Shown in pieces: positions 15,737-30,049 of a stretch of DNA of 64,000 nt. The translations under genes and the position numbers were made by a program. Positions within the stretch are counted from its first letter, which is position 1. Each line of letters opens with the position of its first letter. Where the stretch lies: assembly GCA_028534125.1 (NCBI GenBank), contig CM052816.1, forward strand, positions 21,018,001 to 21,082,000. The letters are read 5' to 3'. This stretch comes from Lama glama (taxonomy: Eukaryota). Below the pieces are notes generated by a model. It was not told where the DNA came from. It did no database searches and saw only the letters and a program-made list of their open reading frames with translations.

Positions 15737-15873
15737 NNNNNNNNNNNNNNNNNNNNNNNNNNNNNNNNNNNNNNNNNNNNNNNNNNNNNNNNNNNNNNNN
15801 NNNNNNNNNNNNNNNNNNNNNNNNNNNNNNNNNNNNNNNNNNNNNNNNNNNNNGAGACGGTGGAGCTCATCAA
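15737..15873 (+). CDS. AFF4: AFF4 coding exon, 5' part masked; ends ETVELI(K)
   Basis: Visible 3' end GAGACGGTGGAGCTCATCAA|gtaagt; start inferred from the orthologous peptide length (Ns 15714-15853). Confidence 0.8.
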
Positions 15874-16105
15874 GTAAGTGGGAAAACTTGCCACATCATT
15901 GGCTGTAATATTTCTCTGGTCCATGTAGGAAAGTTTTATATTATATATAATATATATATAATATATTATTATATAGAGTAAAGCTAAAGAGGATCATTAG
16001 TCCTTTATTGTCCTTGGATAAGGAGAACTAGATACTTCAGTGGGTATTTTTGCCTTCATTTTTGATTCTAATGTTTAGAAGACTAAAGAAGTCAAAGACA
16101 GATGA

Positions 16106-16228
<123 letters not shown>

Positions 16229-16353
16229 TAAGAAGTGTTGTGTGTTTTAGCCTCTGCTAGATGACAAGGCAGTTTCATTAATAAATTGTACTGTGTTCTT
16301 CTGAAAGTTATCCTTGAATCAGCCTTCCATTACACAGTCATAAGTCTATTCTT

Positions 16354-18160
16354 TTTTTTCTGATTTAATTTTTTGAATTAAAAATATTTATACAGTTTTA
16401 AAGGTTACTTTTCATTTATAGTTATTACAAAGTATTGGCTATACTCCGCATGTTGTACATTACATCTTTGAGCTTACCTTATACCCAGTGGTTTGTACCT
16501 CCCTCTCCCCTACCTCTGTATCCCCACCCCCTACTCCATAACCACTAGTTTGTTCTCTGTGTCTGTGAATCTGATTCTTTTTTGTTATATTCACTAGTTT
16601 GTTGTCTTTTTTTAGATTCCACATATAAGTGATGTATAGTATTTGTCTTTCTCTGTCTGACTTCACTTAGCATAATACCCTGCAAGTCCATCCATGTTGT
16701 TACAAATGACAAAATTTCATTTTTTTAATGGTTGAAAAGAATTCCATTGTATGTGTGTCTGTGTGTTTGTGTGTACACACAATAACTTCTTTATCCTTTC
16801 ATCTGTTGTTGGACACTTAGGTTGCTTCCCTGTCTTGGCAATTTGTTAAGTAATGCTGCTATGAACATTGGGGTGCATATGTCTTTTTGAATTAGTGTTT
16901 GTTTTGTTTTGTTTCCCNNNNNNNNNNNNNNNNNNNNNNNNNNNNNNNNNNNNNNNNNNNNNNNNNNNNNNNNNNNNNNNNNNNNNNNNNNNNNNNNNNN
17001 NNNNNNNNNNNNNNNNNNNNNNNNNNNNNNNNNNNNNNNNNNNNNNNNNNNNNNNNNNNNNNNNNNNNNNNNNNNNNNNNNNNTCTTTTTGATGATAGCA
17101 GTTCTGACAGGTATGAGGTAATACCGCACTGTAGTTTGATTTTCATTTCCCAGTTGATTAGTGATGTTTAGCATCTTTTCATGTGCCTGTTGGTTATCTG
17201 CATCTTCTCTTTGGAAAAATGCCTATTCAGGTCTTCTGCCCCCCTTTTTTTTTTTCTCTTTTTGATGTTGAGTTATATGAGCTGTTTGTATATGTTGGAT
17301 AATATCCCTTATTGGTCGTATCATTTGCAAGTATTTTCCCCCTTTCAGTCGGTTGTCTTTTTGTTTTATCAATGGTTTCCTTTGCTGTACAAAAGCTTTT
17401 ATGTCTAATTAGTTCTTCTTTTTTTATTTTTGCTTTTTATTTCCATTACTCTGGGAGATGGATCCAAAAAATTACTGCTGCAATTTATGTCAAAGAGTAT
17501 TCTGCCTATGTTTTCCTCTAGGGGTTTTATAGTATCTGGCCTTACAGTTAAGTATTTAATTTTGAGTTTATTTTTGTGTATGGTGTTAGAGAATGTTCTA
17601 ATTTTACTGTTTTACGTATAGCTGTCTAGTTTTCCCAGCACCACTTATTGAATAGACTGTCTTTTCTCGATTGTATATTGTTGCCTTATTTGTTGTAGAT
17701 CAATTGACTGTAAGTGCATGGTGTTGTTTCTGGGCTCTCAGTCCTGTTCCACTGATCCATGTGTCTGTTTCAGTGGCAGTCCCATACTATTTTGATTACT
17801 ATAGCTTTGTAGTATAGTCCAAAGTCAGGGAGCATGACTCCTCCAGCTTTTTTCTTCTTTCTCAAGATTGTTTTGACTATTTGGGGTCTTATGTGTTTCT
17901 TTACAAATTCTAAATTTATTTGTTTTTAAAGGTTACTTTTCATTTATAGTTATTACAAAATATTGGCTATATTCCCCATAGTTCTGTGAAAAATGCCATT
18001 GGTATTTTGATAGGAATTGCATTGGATCTGTAGATTGCCTTGCATAGTATGGTCATTTTAACAATATTGATTCTTTAACCCAAGTACACAGTATATCTTT
18101 TCAGCTGTTTGTGTCATCTTTGATTTCTTTTATCAGTGTCCTATAGTTGTCCAGTTACAG
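16354..18160 (-). mobile_element. 5'-truncated L1 (ORF2 C-terminus and 3'UTR)
   Basis: Minus-strand ORF fragments resemble the ORF2 C-terminus (KDICTPMFIAAL); TSD cataa(g/a)tctattctt at 16339-16353 and 18161-18175. Confidence 0.88.
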
Positions 18161-19232
18161 CATAAATCTATTCTTGGTGGGTAAAGTAGAAAAGAACTGA
18201 AAGATTTTAAGTTGTATCTCTGATCCATTGTCCCTGTGACAAAAGCTTTGGGTAGAGTGGGACTGATATTAGAACTCTTCATTGTCTTAAGTGGTCACTT
18301 TTCTAGTCTCTTCTTTTGGTATCGTTTCTTTCCATTACATATCCATATACCTTACTTTAGGGAGCAAACATTTATCTTGTTCAGAATAAAGAATATGGGT
18401 TGTTTGCTTGGCCCCAGAGAAATATTATCAGTTCTTTTTTTTTTTTTTCTTTTAAATTATCAGTTCCTTTGTTACGGGTTTTTACTTTACCTGGCACTGT
18501 GTTTAACAGCTGGGAATGCAGCTGTGGATAAAACTGATACAGTTCTGTTTGTCATGGAGTCTAGTGTTTAGTGTGAGGAGCCATAACTTAATCAAATAAC
18601 CATACAAGTATATGAGTTAAGTACTTTGAAGGACAAGTTTATGTAACTGTATGAGTAGAGTGTAGGGAGACCTAGTCCTTAGGTAGAGGGAACATGTACA
18701 AGGGCTGGATAGTGAAAAGAAACTGGAAGCTTGTCTATCAAGGAACTAAAAGACCAGAGAGGAATAAGTAAAAGTAACTGGAGAGGTAGGCAGTGATGAT
18801 CATGCAGCGCCTTTGTAAGCCATGTTGGGTGTCTGTATGTTACACCAGAGTTGTAATATTCATTGTTGAGCTGGTTTTGTTGTCTTAGATTATTTATAGT
18901 CTGATCTAAAGATTCTGCCCCTCAGTGAGGTTTTAATGTATATGTTATAATGACATGTTGGTGTCCTATGGTGTGGTTCTGATTTTTGAATGTCAGCAAA
19001 AAGGAGGCTAGTCCTAGGTCTCTTCCCCTTCTCTCCCCTCCCTAAGGTGTGTACCATAATAAGAGCATAATAAGACCTTTCAATTCTGCTTAAGGGTTAG
19101 TGTTGTTGACCTTATGTCACAGTCTGCTCACATGAACCAGCCCTGTACTCTTGCACAATGCAAAGGTTGTCTATGCAGATGTGGCCAGAGTCTGCTGTCC
19201 TGGTAAATAAGCTGCCCTTTTTAATTGGCTAG

Positions 19233-19326
19233 CCTGCGATGCCAGTCTTTGCTGTACCTGAGGCTATTCAAACTGAAGAAAGAAACTGCTCTGAAGTATT
19301 CAAAGTCACTGACAGAGCACCTGAAG
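19233..19326 (+). CDS. AFF4: AFF4 coding exon ([31 protein letters not shown]), 94 bp
   Basis: ggctag acceptor, gtaagt donor. Confidence 0.95.
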
Positions 19327-20105
19327 GTAAGTGTGCAAAAGAGGAGTGTCCATTCCCTGGGAGACAAAATTTGTAAAATCTATCCCCACCCCTAAAGTGC
19401 CCTCATGTTTCACCTGCCACAGCAGGGGAGGAATTACTATTTGGGAACTTTTCAAATAGTTTGAGGCTTCTTGGAAAGTTTTAACATGCACTCATATCTG
19501 ATCGTAGAACCAATGCAGCCATGTGCAGTAGTAGCTCTTGACATTTCAGTAGATGTAGCCTATTTTTATCATAAAACCTAATTTATACTTTTTAATGGTC
19601 TTTTGTTTTCACTTTCCTTCCTTAGACTGTTCTCTTAGTCTCCTAAAATGTCTTCCTATGTTTTCTCATGAGACCACAAAATAAGTTTTCCTAAAATTCT
19701 GTTCTGGTTGTGACTTTGAACCCCTTTAGTAGTTTACCATTGCCTGCAAAGTCAAGTCCAAGCGTCTGACCCTGACCTGCAAGGCCCTCGTGGTCTCTCT
19801 GTCTTGTTCCTTGTCTAAACCTCTGCTCCAGGAAAAGTGTAGGGTCACATACATTCCCTGTTCTGCAGCCTTTGTACACAGTGGGACTTACCCCTCTCTG
19901 CCCTCTCCCCTCCTCTTTATCCATCTGACTGTTACTCATTCTCTGTCTCTTCCTTTCAGTCTTCCAGAACACGCCAGCTCTCACCTAAATAAAGTTGAAG
20001 ATCAGTACTGGCCCAGTGCTTTTGGATATATTTAGTACCCCATAAGTGGTGTGTGTTTCTGTTTTTTGGTTTTTTTAAATTAAGTACATTCCCTTTTCTC
20101 CACAG

Positions 20106-20149
20106 AATTCTTATAATAATTCTCAAGCACCATCACCAGGCTTGGGAAG
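20106..20149 (+). CDS. AFF4: AFF4 coding exon (NSYNNSQAPSPGLG), 44 bp
   Basis: ctccacag acceptor, gtaggt donor. Confidence 0.94.
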
Positions 20150-21275
20150 GTAGGTAAACTTTATTCTATAAAATATTATGTAACAAGTTAATTTATTTTT
20201 ATGTAAAAGTGAAATGGGTTTGATCATTTTCCAAAAATGGAAAGATGACAACTTTTTAAAAAATTAAGACCATCTCTAATAAAATATTTTTTAAAGTTGT
20301 CTTTTTTTTTTTTTAATTGAAAATATGTTGGTGAACATGATCTTAGAAAGATTAGGGAAGGGACATTTCACCAGCAGAAGTCTGAGTTTTTTTACAGCAC
20401 CTCAGCCCTTCCCACAGCTTAACGTCCGTAGCTAGTTGGGCTTTTATCACAGTGTGCTGATCTTTACTTGTGTCACGACACTGCCAGAATTTAGTAACAG
20501 TGCCATTATTGTAATTTCTCTTCCATCCTCACATCACTCCCATTCCCTCATCCCCCAAAAGGAGGAAGAACACCATGAAATCTTTTTTTTGTAAGTTTAT
20601 TTTTTCAGTTATTTTATTTATGTTAATTGACATTCTGTCTTTGCCCTTATGTATTTTCTTAACCACCCAGTACTAAAAGTGCAGATAAAAATATTCTTAC
20701 CAAATAGTTTTTTTCCTCCTAATTTTTATTTGATTTTCCTTTTTTTATGATCTTGGGCATTTTCACAAATTTCGGTAGTGCTGAAATGAATCTGCCAGAT
20801 TTCATCATACGTTTCCTAAGAAATAATTGACAGGAAGTTTGAGGTGATTGCAGTTGATTGAGAAAGCTGTACCTCTTTGTCAGGTCTGAATAACTTGGTT
20901 CAGTGAGGAAAGTTCCAGAAGTAAGATGTTTCTATCTACTACCACAGTTTTGTTGTTGTTGTTGTTGTTGTTGTTCAATTGTTAATCCACTCAGTTTTCT
21001 GTAAAACAGTTTGAAATTGTTATATATACACCCAATATAGAAATAGAGTGTGTGTTGAGCTGGGAGTGAGGTGATCAAGCTTCTGAGTCTTTGAACTGCT
21101 GCTACCACCAGCAAGGTGTATGACTTTCTCAGTTCTTTCTTATCTCTTGTTCTGTTGCCATTTGTTAAAACAGTCTAGATAAGATGATAACTCACAGTGG
21201 TTTTCAGTGAGCTAAATATTTGTTTAAAAGAAATTGTCTTTCTCTGGAAACCTTTCTAGTTTAAAAGAATCTTTA

Positions 21276-21509
21276 GGGGGGTGGGGGGTGGAAAGGGACA
21301 GACAGGGATTTTAAAATGCAGAATAGATAAACAAGATTATACTGTATAGCATAGAGAAATATAAACAAGATCTTGTGGTAGCTCTTAGCGGAAAAAAAAA
21401 TGTGACTGAATATATATATGCTCGTATATAACTGAAAAATTGCGCTCTACACTAGAATTTGACACAACATTGTAAAATGACTATTACTCAATAAAAGTTT
21501 AAAAAAAAA
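21276..21509 (+). mobile_element. Young 5'-truncated L1 3' end
   Basis: G-rich tract, aataaa and poly(A); TSD gaatcttta at 21267-21275 and 21511-21519; same family as 48471-48962. Confidence 0.82.
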
Positions 21510-21594
21510 GGAATCTTTAAATTTTAAAAGCCTTCCTGTAGGAAGAGCCAGTAGTGCATTGATTTCATCACTCTCACCATATCCATGTGAATAA

Positions 21595-21897
<303 letters not shown>

Positions 21898-24270
21898 TAA
21901 TTAAGTGTCTGGTGTGCATTTAGTTTACTATCTAATCTAGAGTTAATAATAACTAGTTTGCTAATCTTCATTGCTTAGTATTCATATAAATGTACTGAAT
22001 CTGGTCAAAAAATACCTTGCACTATAGTGGTAACACAAACTAAACAAAAATAGTCTGTGGTCTAAGACAAGAATGCCTTTGTCCAGGCACGTTCAGTGCA
22101 GCTCATACTATAAAAGTAATAAAATGTATATTCTGCTCTGGGATGGTTAACAGTAATTTGGCCATTGGCATAGGATAACATCCAGACATCTGGTATCTAT
22201 GAGATTTTAGTATATAAGAAAGCATGTTTATACTGGATTTTTACATGTATTAGAAGAAACTTATGTGATAAAAGAGACTACAAAATGAATAAATTTTTAG
22301 CATTCTTTAATATTAGTTCATTAAAGCTGTGAACCTCAAGTTTATCTCCCAAACTAAGAACACTGAGAATTTTAAAGTATTTAAAGACCTTAGGAAATGT
22401 ACTGTATAAATACCATCTTATTTTAATAGTATCTGTAATAAAAACTTACATGTAGCATTTATTCAGGCAGCTCCTTTGTAGAGAAACACTTAAAGTAGCC
22501 AATCCATCAACTGTCCTTTTGTTACAGAGTATATTTCAATACTTATAGTATGAACAGGTAATCCCATGAATATGAAAGATTCCAATACATAAAGAGGGGT
22601 AATGGTGGGAGGCAGGTAGAAAGGGAACCCCAACATATAACATAAACTTGTATTTCTAAAAACCTAATTTGTTCCTAAAGTTTTAAATATTGTCAGTACT
22701 ACTTAGGAAAGGTTACAAAGCTGAAATTCTTAAGTCACCCCTACGTAATTCTCCCTTATGCCAGTTTTCNNNNNNNNNNNNNNNNNNNNNNNNNNNNNNN
22801 NNNNNNNNNNNNNNNNNNNNNNNNNNNNNNNNNNNNNNNNNNNNNNNNNNNNNNNNNNNNNNNNNNNNNNNNNNNNNNNNNNNNNNNNNNNNNNNNNNNN
22901 NNNNNNNNNNNNNTCTCAAATGTGCCTTTTTTTTTAACAATTGAATTTGTTTCCAACAGGATCCAAACATTCATTGATCAGTCTCTTAAATAAGTAATTT
23001 CCCCTCCTTCACCTTCTTTTCCTTTCCTTTCCTTTCTTTTTTCTTTTCTTTTCTTTTTATTTTACCATGCCACTGATGTCAAGGAGAAACTGGCCATAGA
23101 ATGTTTCATATTCTGGATTTGACTGATTACTTCCTCTTGGTATCATTTAGCTTGCTTTTATGTCCCCCTTATTTCCTTCATACTGATAGTTGTATCTTGA
23201 GACTTGATTAGATTGAAGTTCATTATTTTAGATAAGAACTTTTCATAGGTGGTACTCTGTATTTCCTGTTACATCATATTATGAGGCTTGTAATGGTTAT
23301 CCCTTTTTTAGTGTTGGTTTGACTCTTTATTCATTCAGGTGGTGTTGGCCTGACTCTGTTTGATGTAAAATCCCTATTTAACTTAACGATTCTAGCATCC
23401 CTCGATGATCACTTTCTACATCCATTCCAATTCCATTAGCAAATAGAAAATTCATCAGGAATTTTTTTATTCTCATATTCCTTCTGCATATATTAGCTGG
23501 AATTCTATAAAGAAGGCCCTTTTCTCCTCAACTGTTTGATTGCTTCTTGCCTTGCTTGAGTATACCGAGGCCTTAATCATCTCTACACATGTAAAAACTC
23601 TCCTTACTGAATCCTTCACCCCTCTGTCTTCTCTGAAAATTACATTGGGATCAAATGTTAGGATACTTTCTTCCCTTCCTCCTCTCTACACTCTGCCTTA
23701 CATACATAGCAGTCTGTATTTGTTCACATAGGAAAAATCCTTTTATTTCTGTCCCTTACATTTTTAAACTACTGTTTAAAACATGAGATTTAATTTATCA
23801 ATGTTGCATGGCATGTGATTACAGCAGAAAGGTTGGATACAGGCTATTGCAACCGTCTAACCTCACAGGGCTCTTATGGGAAACATGCAGAGAATGCCCT
23901 TTTTTGTACCACTTATTTCTTATACAAAAACAGTACAGGGAGAATGCCTTGAGTTATAGTACATTGTAGCAGAAGATCTCCATTTCAATAATGTTTGCAG
24001 CATACTAGCAATTTCCATCAGTGGAATTCTGCTTATATGTATAACTCTTTAATTCCTGACCATACAGTCTCTTTAAAATGTTTCATAACTTAGGGAAAAA
24101 AATAGCCCTTGAGAGACTGTGGGGTGGTTTGTTCTAAAATATGGACAGTTATCATTTTAGTGCAGAAGGGGGTGTTTTTTACTTCATATGAATAATATTT
24201 TACAGTCTAAAATTTTTAAAGCAGCGATTCAAGAGTGTGCATCGTTTAATGAATGTTTTTGGTTTTTTAG

Positions 24271-24398
24271 AATTCTTTGTGGAACTGGATAAAGTAATGG
24301 GCCCTCTCATCTTTAACGCAAGCATCATGNNNNNNNNNNNNNNNNNNNNNNNNNNNNNNNNNNNNNNNNNNNNNNNNNNNNNNNNNNNNNNNNNNNNN
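24271..24398 (+). CDS. AFF4: AFF4 last coding exon (FFVELDKVMGPLIFNASIM...); stop codon masked
   Basis: ttttttag acceptor; Ns 24330-24461 cover the C-terminus; stop position inferred from the orthologue. Confidence 0.85.
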
Positions 24399-27300
24399 NN
24401 NNNNNNNNNNNNNNNNNNNNNNNNNNNNNNNNNNNNNNNNNNNNNNNNNNNNNNNNNNNNNCTGCCATAACACACCACCTAGTCGACACTAAGAATGAGG
24501 AATGGTTTTCTCCTCCCTGGTTCATGTGTTGTTTTTTATAACCCAAAGCCATCATGTCATTTGACCCCTCAGTATTCCCAATATGAAAAATTATCTAAAT
24601 GCTTTTAAATCTGCGGCACATTGATAAGATGGTTTCAGTGATCTGTCATAAGATTGAAATTTCGATTGCAATTCATAACTAATCAATTGAAATTCTATTT
24701 ATTTTAATTTTTTTAAGTTCCAGGGTCGGAGCTAGTTTAAAACTTAGTTATTTCTGCCTATAACTTTACTCTGTTGAATATTTAGTGTAAATTTAATATA
24801 GGCATTTTTATTTATATACTTTGGGAACTTTGTTACCTAATAATAATGTCTTTTTGTGGTAGCTCTTCTAAGAGTTAAGAGTTGGTTCATCTAAAATATG
24901 GAATGTTCTTTTTTACCTACTACCTGATATTATTTCAAATCTTAACTACAATTTTATTACTGCAGAATTTATACTTAGTATTAAGGATACTCTACACATG
25001 AAAAATCACTTAAATATGAGAAGATAGCATTCTATGTGGATGTAAAGTGAAATGTGTCTAATTTGGTATGCATTATTTCAAGAACTGTGAACGTGTGTTA
25101 ATAACACTATAGCAATCACAAGGTGACTGTAACCTGCATTTAATGCATTACAGGAGAAGGCAGGCAAACTTTCTCAGAGAAGCTTATCGTATGAAGGGCT
25201 TCATGAGAGGACAATCTCGAACCTTATGGATTTTATTAAAACCATGTGTTCTTTTTTGTTACTAATAATTTGACACTTAAGACAGAGTAAGTTACTGTTG
25301 AACAAAGGATGATCCAACTCCTGAGGTTGCTGCCTATCTCTCTTTCATTGGTGATGTTTGTAGGGTAAAATCTCGCTTCAGCATTCTAATTTAAAATTTT
25401 TTCTCACACTAGATTGTGATGCTCTGATGGGAGCATGCATGGCTGATGTAGGAATGGTCTGGAACTGTGGTGTGTGTGCTTTTGCTGTACAATTTAGAGT
25501 TCTGATGCCTGATGTAGAGATGATGAATTTCTCCTCTTAAACTTATCTTATGTTTACTCCCTTTGTATTATGAAGACTCTTATCAATGATCTATGTTTCT
25601 GATGGGATCAGAAATTTCACACTAGAAAAGTAGCTAATTTAGTTCAGTGTGAGCTCTCTTGGGAAGTGGGGAGAGAAGGGGTAGAGCTTAAGAAGCCAGC
25701 TCTGTTAAGAGTTGTATATCAAAGCACCTTTCCCTGTAAGGTGCATATAGGAGTCAAAGGTGAGAAATGTACCTTCTGTCTGTTGTTTGTAGTGCCCCTT
25801 TCATGTCTGGTGTGCCTTAAATCTTAACCTTTAAGTGAAGATTCTGGATTGTTTACAGATGAAGTTTTACACCAGGACCAGATCGTGCATATGGTTGGTC
25901 TTCTGCTGTAATAATGTTAAATTCTCTTCCCTTTTCGGTCGTCCTTAGGGTCATATAAAAATTCTTTCAGAAAAGCTAACGCTTTGGTACATGACTTAGT
26001 TTAACCTATTGGGTAACGCTGCTTCAAATAACAGTTTGTCCTTCTCCCAGTTGCAAAACTGAATCCATCCAGTCGGAGAAAAGGATGGCCCTGCTATTTA
26101 TAGAAGGTTGCTAAGGCTTGAAATGGGAAAGAAGGGATAGAAAATCTCCAAGCCCAGTGGTGTAGTGAATCCTCTGTGTCTGAGTCTCTTTTACACATCC
26201 TGAAGCTAGTGAACTTTCCTTGTCCTGTGGCCTCATATAGAGCTTCTTCATGGTTTTGTACCTCGTTGTTTTTATATATCACTGAGGATTGAAATCTCCA
26301 AATTATGTTGATTTTTCTTTTGGAGAAATTGCCTGTGTTATGTTTGTTACTTAATCTTCGTGTGTTTTTGGAACAGGTTTCCTTAAGAGGACAGCTTCTC
26401 AGTGATCATGGTAGGTACTCAGTAAGAAACTTGCCACAGTTAATCAAGTAGATGTGTGTCTTGTCCTTCTCTGATTTGTCTGACTCTGATTCTGTAATTT
26501 TCAGTGATATCTTAGAAATGGAAAAAATATCCTCTGAGCTTTTAGACTTTAAGCAAGAGCAGCCAGTGAAGCACTTCTAAGTTCTAGTGTGTTCTAGTCT
26601 CTTGTCTGACCCGAAAGGCAACAGGAGCATTTCCCGGATCACACTGATAATTTGTTAAAGCAGAATTTCCTGCAATGTTTTATGGTGCTGCTCTAAAATA
26701 CTCTCTCTCTCAAACTGTGTTAATTCTTGGAAAATGAATTTTTCAAGCTTTTTATTGTGAAGGGTTCTTCCCACCAGGTAGTAGTGGGCAGTGTTCTAAA
26801 TAATTGAATTTTCGGTGTAACAGTCTGTGGAAACACCACTCCCTCTCCTCTGTGTCCATCTCCTCAAAGTTCTGTCTGTGTGTCTTCATCTACTTCAGCA
26901 CATACTTTGGACTCCTTTACGGGTGACCATTCCTCCTTCCTCAGTAGGTGTCTTCAGTGTTCTCTAACCATTAAAAACTGAATTTCACAAATGGCTAAAA
27001 ATGTACTTAGTCTGAGACTTGTACTTAATATACAGTTAATTATAAAAATAGCAACTGTTTTAAACACTGCTCTGTTGACTGCTCTAAGACCACACTTTAT
27101 GCCAGGAGGCAGCAGCCTACACCACTGGACTCTTTACAGGCAACCAACGAACAGATTTTGGCGGATGAAGTTGTCACATGGTATAGTCTTGCCCAGCTGT
27201 GAGGAGCACTTCCCTCTGGGTGATTCAGAATTCCACAGCCCATCCCAGATCCAGTCTGGCTGGGAAGCATTCACCCCATTTCTTGCTTCAGTGCTAGCTT

Positions 27301-30018
27301 TTTCTGGGCAAGTAGCCAAGAACTGCCTTTATAAGCAGTGAGTACTTCAGATAAATTCACAGCCGCAGTTGCTGAAGAATAGAGAAGGTTAATTAACCAT
27401 CACTGATTTAATTCTCCAATGTAAAAGCTATCTAGAGTAAGGTGTGCATGTGCCCACACATGCCTGTGCTCTGGGGGAGCTCTCACACTGATGGATCCAC
27501 AGGCACCAGGGCTGCACTTTGAATGACACACTTGTGGCTTTATTAGATTCACTGTTGTTGTTGTTTTTTAATTGTTGTTTGTTTCTTTTCATTAAAGAAA
27601 GGTTTAATCAGCTAGTTCAGACAGTATCATTTTGTATTTAAAGATAGAAACTTTGAGAAATTACCTTTATCGAATGAACTTTCATTGTGAAGCAAAAGCC
27701 TACAAAATGCACCTGTTCTAAATGAAAGTTCTGGCTCTGGAGGCCAGCAGCACTCTGGAGTTTCAGGGCAGCCCACAAAGCTCCATTCGGTGATACCTAG
27801 TTGTGCAGAGGAGAGTCGTATGCTGTGCGCTCTTCTAAGTGTGAGGGTATGCAACTTTGGNNNNNNNNNNNNNNNNNNNNNNNNNNNNNNNNNNNNNNNN
27901 NNNNNNNNNNNNNNNNNNNNNNNNNNNNNNNNNNNNNNNNNNNNNNNNNNNNNNNNNNNNNNNNNNNNNNNNNNNNNNNNNNNNNNNNNNNNNNNNNNNN
28001 NNNNNNNNNNNNNNNNNNNNNNNNNNNNNNNNNNNNNNNNNNNNNNNNNNNNNNNNNNNNNNNNNNNNNNNNNNNNNNNNNNNNNNNNNNNNNNNNNNNN
28101 NNNNNNNNNNNNNNNNNNNNNNNNNCCTTCTGTATTATAATAGGGCTCTTACAGGGTGGGAAGGATTTTAATTTTCCAGTTGCTAATTGAACAAAATGGC
28201 CTCATTATATATTTTGCATTATAGAAGATTGCCTCTGAGTCCCAGGAACACCTACTGGGAATGATGTTCTAGGCAGATTGTGATGATTTTTTTTTAATCC
28301 TAAATAAATTGAAGCAAAACATTTCAAATCCATATAGATTCCTGTAACTCATATTCCCTAATTATGTGGAACACATATTTCAATTTCATGTATCTATGTG
28401 TTGGAGAGGCAGACTTTTTTCCAATAATAATATTGCAAATCTAAGGTTGCTATTCATTAAAATAAATAGAAAAGTATTGAATGACTTGGAATATGTAGTG
28501 ACAAGAGGCCAAATTGGTCATATTTCTGAGCATATCTTTCACATATTCACTAATGGGAGAAATTTCAGTTTAGACCCTTAGATCCCAGAACCAAGCTGGC
28601 AAATGACAGGAAGTGAGTTATTAATAGTTGGTAAAATAGATGCTGATTCTATTCACGTGAACCCTATAGTTAATTAAAAAGAATTTACTGTCACCAGAAA
28701 AGCGAATGGAAAGAATATCTAAATATCTTCTTTATGATCACAGAATAAGGCATTAGAGTCTAAACCAAGTCTCCAAGATCTTTAAGCAACCTAAAATAGC
28801 AGCCTAAGTAACCATCATAAAATGAAGTTGACTTTCAGGAATGTCAGCTTTGATCTCTCCTTGCCGCCATTGCTCAGCTAAGCATAAATTGCCATTCTTA
28901 AAAAGAGACAGACAAAAAAGCTCTCTAAATGCGCATGGGAAAAAGCTCCCACCCAGAAATTCTAATAATATTCAGTTTTGACTTCTTACTGCTTCCACAT
29001 GGGGTTTCTTTTCAGCTTTTAACTATTGGAACTTTCCACCTGCTATGTTCCTCTCTGGAAAATACCTATTTGGAAATGCTGCCTTTCAGATCAATGCCAT
29101 GATTATCCATACAGTTGGGTTTGTTGTTGTTATTCAAGAAGTGTCCCCATTTTACAACTTTATGCACACACCTGGCAAAACATTGAGATGAGCATTCAAC
29201 AGTACTGGGGTCCGCGTGGCGTGGGGCAGGGTGGGGAAGGGCAAGGCTCACCAACAAGAGCTGGCCCAGTGGGTAGTGCCTGAAAAGGCACCTCNNNNNN
29301 NNNNNNNNNNNNNNNNNNNNNNNNNNNNNNNNNNNNNNNNNNNNNNNNNNNNNNNNNNNNNNNNNNNNNNNNNNNNNNNNNNNNNNNNNNNNNNNNNNNN
29401 NNNNNNNNNNNNNNNNNNNNNNNNNNNNNNNNNNNNNNNNNNNNNNNNNNNNNNNNNNNNNNNATTTGGGGGGGATTTTGGAGGGGAGGTAATGCCGCCG
29501 ATAAATTCAAAGCCTTGTTGATTCTACAGAAAGGTACTGCTAGCGTCTGATAGGACGCCTTTGTTTTGTACATGATCCACATCTTTGTTTGACATTTCTT
29601 TTATCCAGAATATTTCGGCATCTGACATTTTCAACCAAAATTTCAATTATATACTGTGATTTTTATTTGTTGGAATACTTTAAAATTTCAGAGGTACTTT
29701 TGGGGCTCAAAAGCTAGGATTTCTAAGTCAGTACGTGCATNNNNNNNNNNNNNNNNNNNNNNNNNNNNNNNNNNNNNNNNNNNNNNNNNNNNNNNNNNNN
29801 NNNNNNNNNNNNNNNNNNNNNNNNNNNNNNNNNNNNNNNNNNNNNNNNNNNNNNNNNNNNNNNNNNNNNNNNNNNNNNNNNNNNNNNNNNNNNNNNNNNN
29901 NNNNNNNNNNNNNNNNNNNNNNNNNNNNNNNNNNNNNNNNNNNNNNNNNNNNNNNNNNNNNNNNNNNNNNNNNNNNNNNNNNNNNNNNNNNNAAACCATA
30001 GCTGGAGAAACTAAGTTT

Positions 30019-30049
30019 AATAAATATCAAATAGATTTTCTGTATTAAA
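30019..30049 (+). terminator. AFF4: AFF4 polyadenylation signals (AATAAA 30019-30024, ATTAAA 30044-30049)
   Basis: Hexamers followed by U/GU-rich sequence, ~5.6 kb after the inferred stop, in line with the long AFF4 3'UTR. Confidence 0.6.

Noticed and set aside
20932-21114. ORF with a polyQ tract
   Set aside because: It is a (TTG)n microsatellite in an AFF4 intron read on the minus strand.
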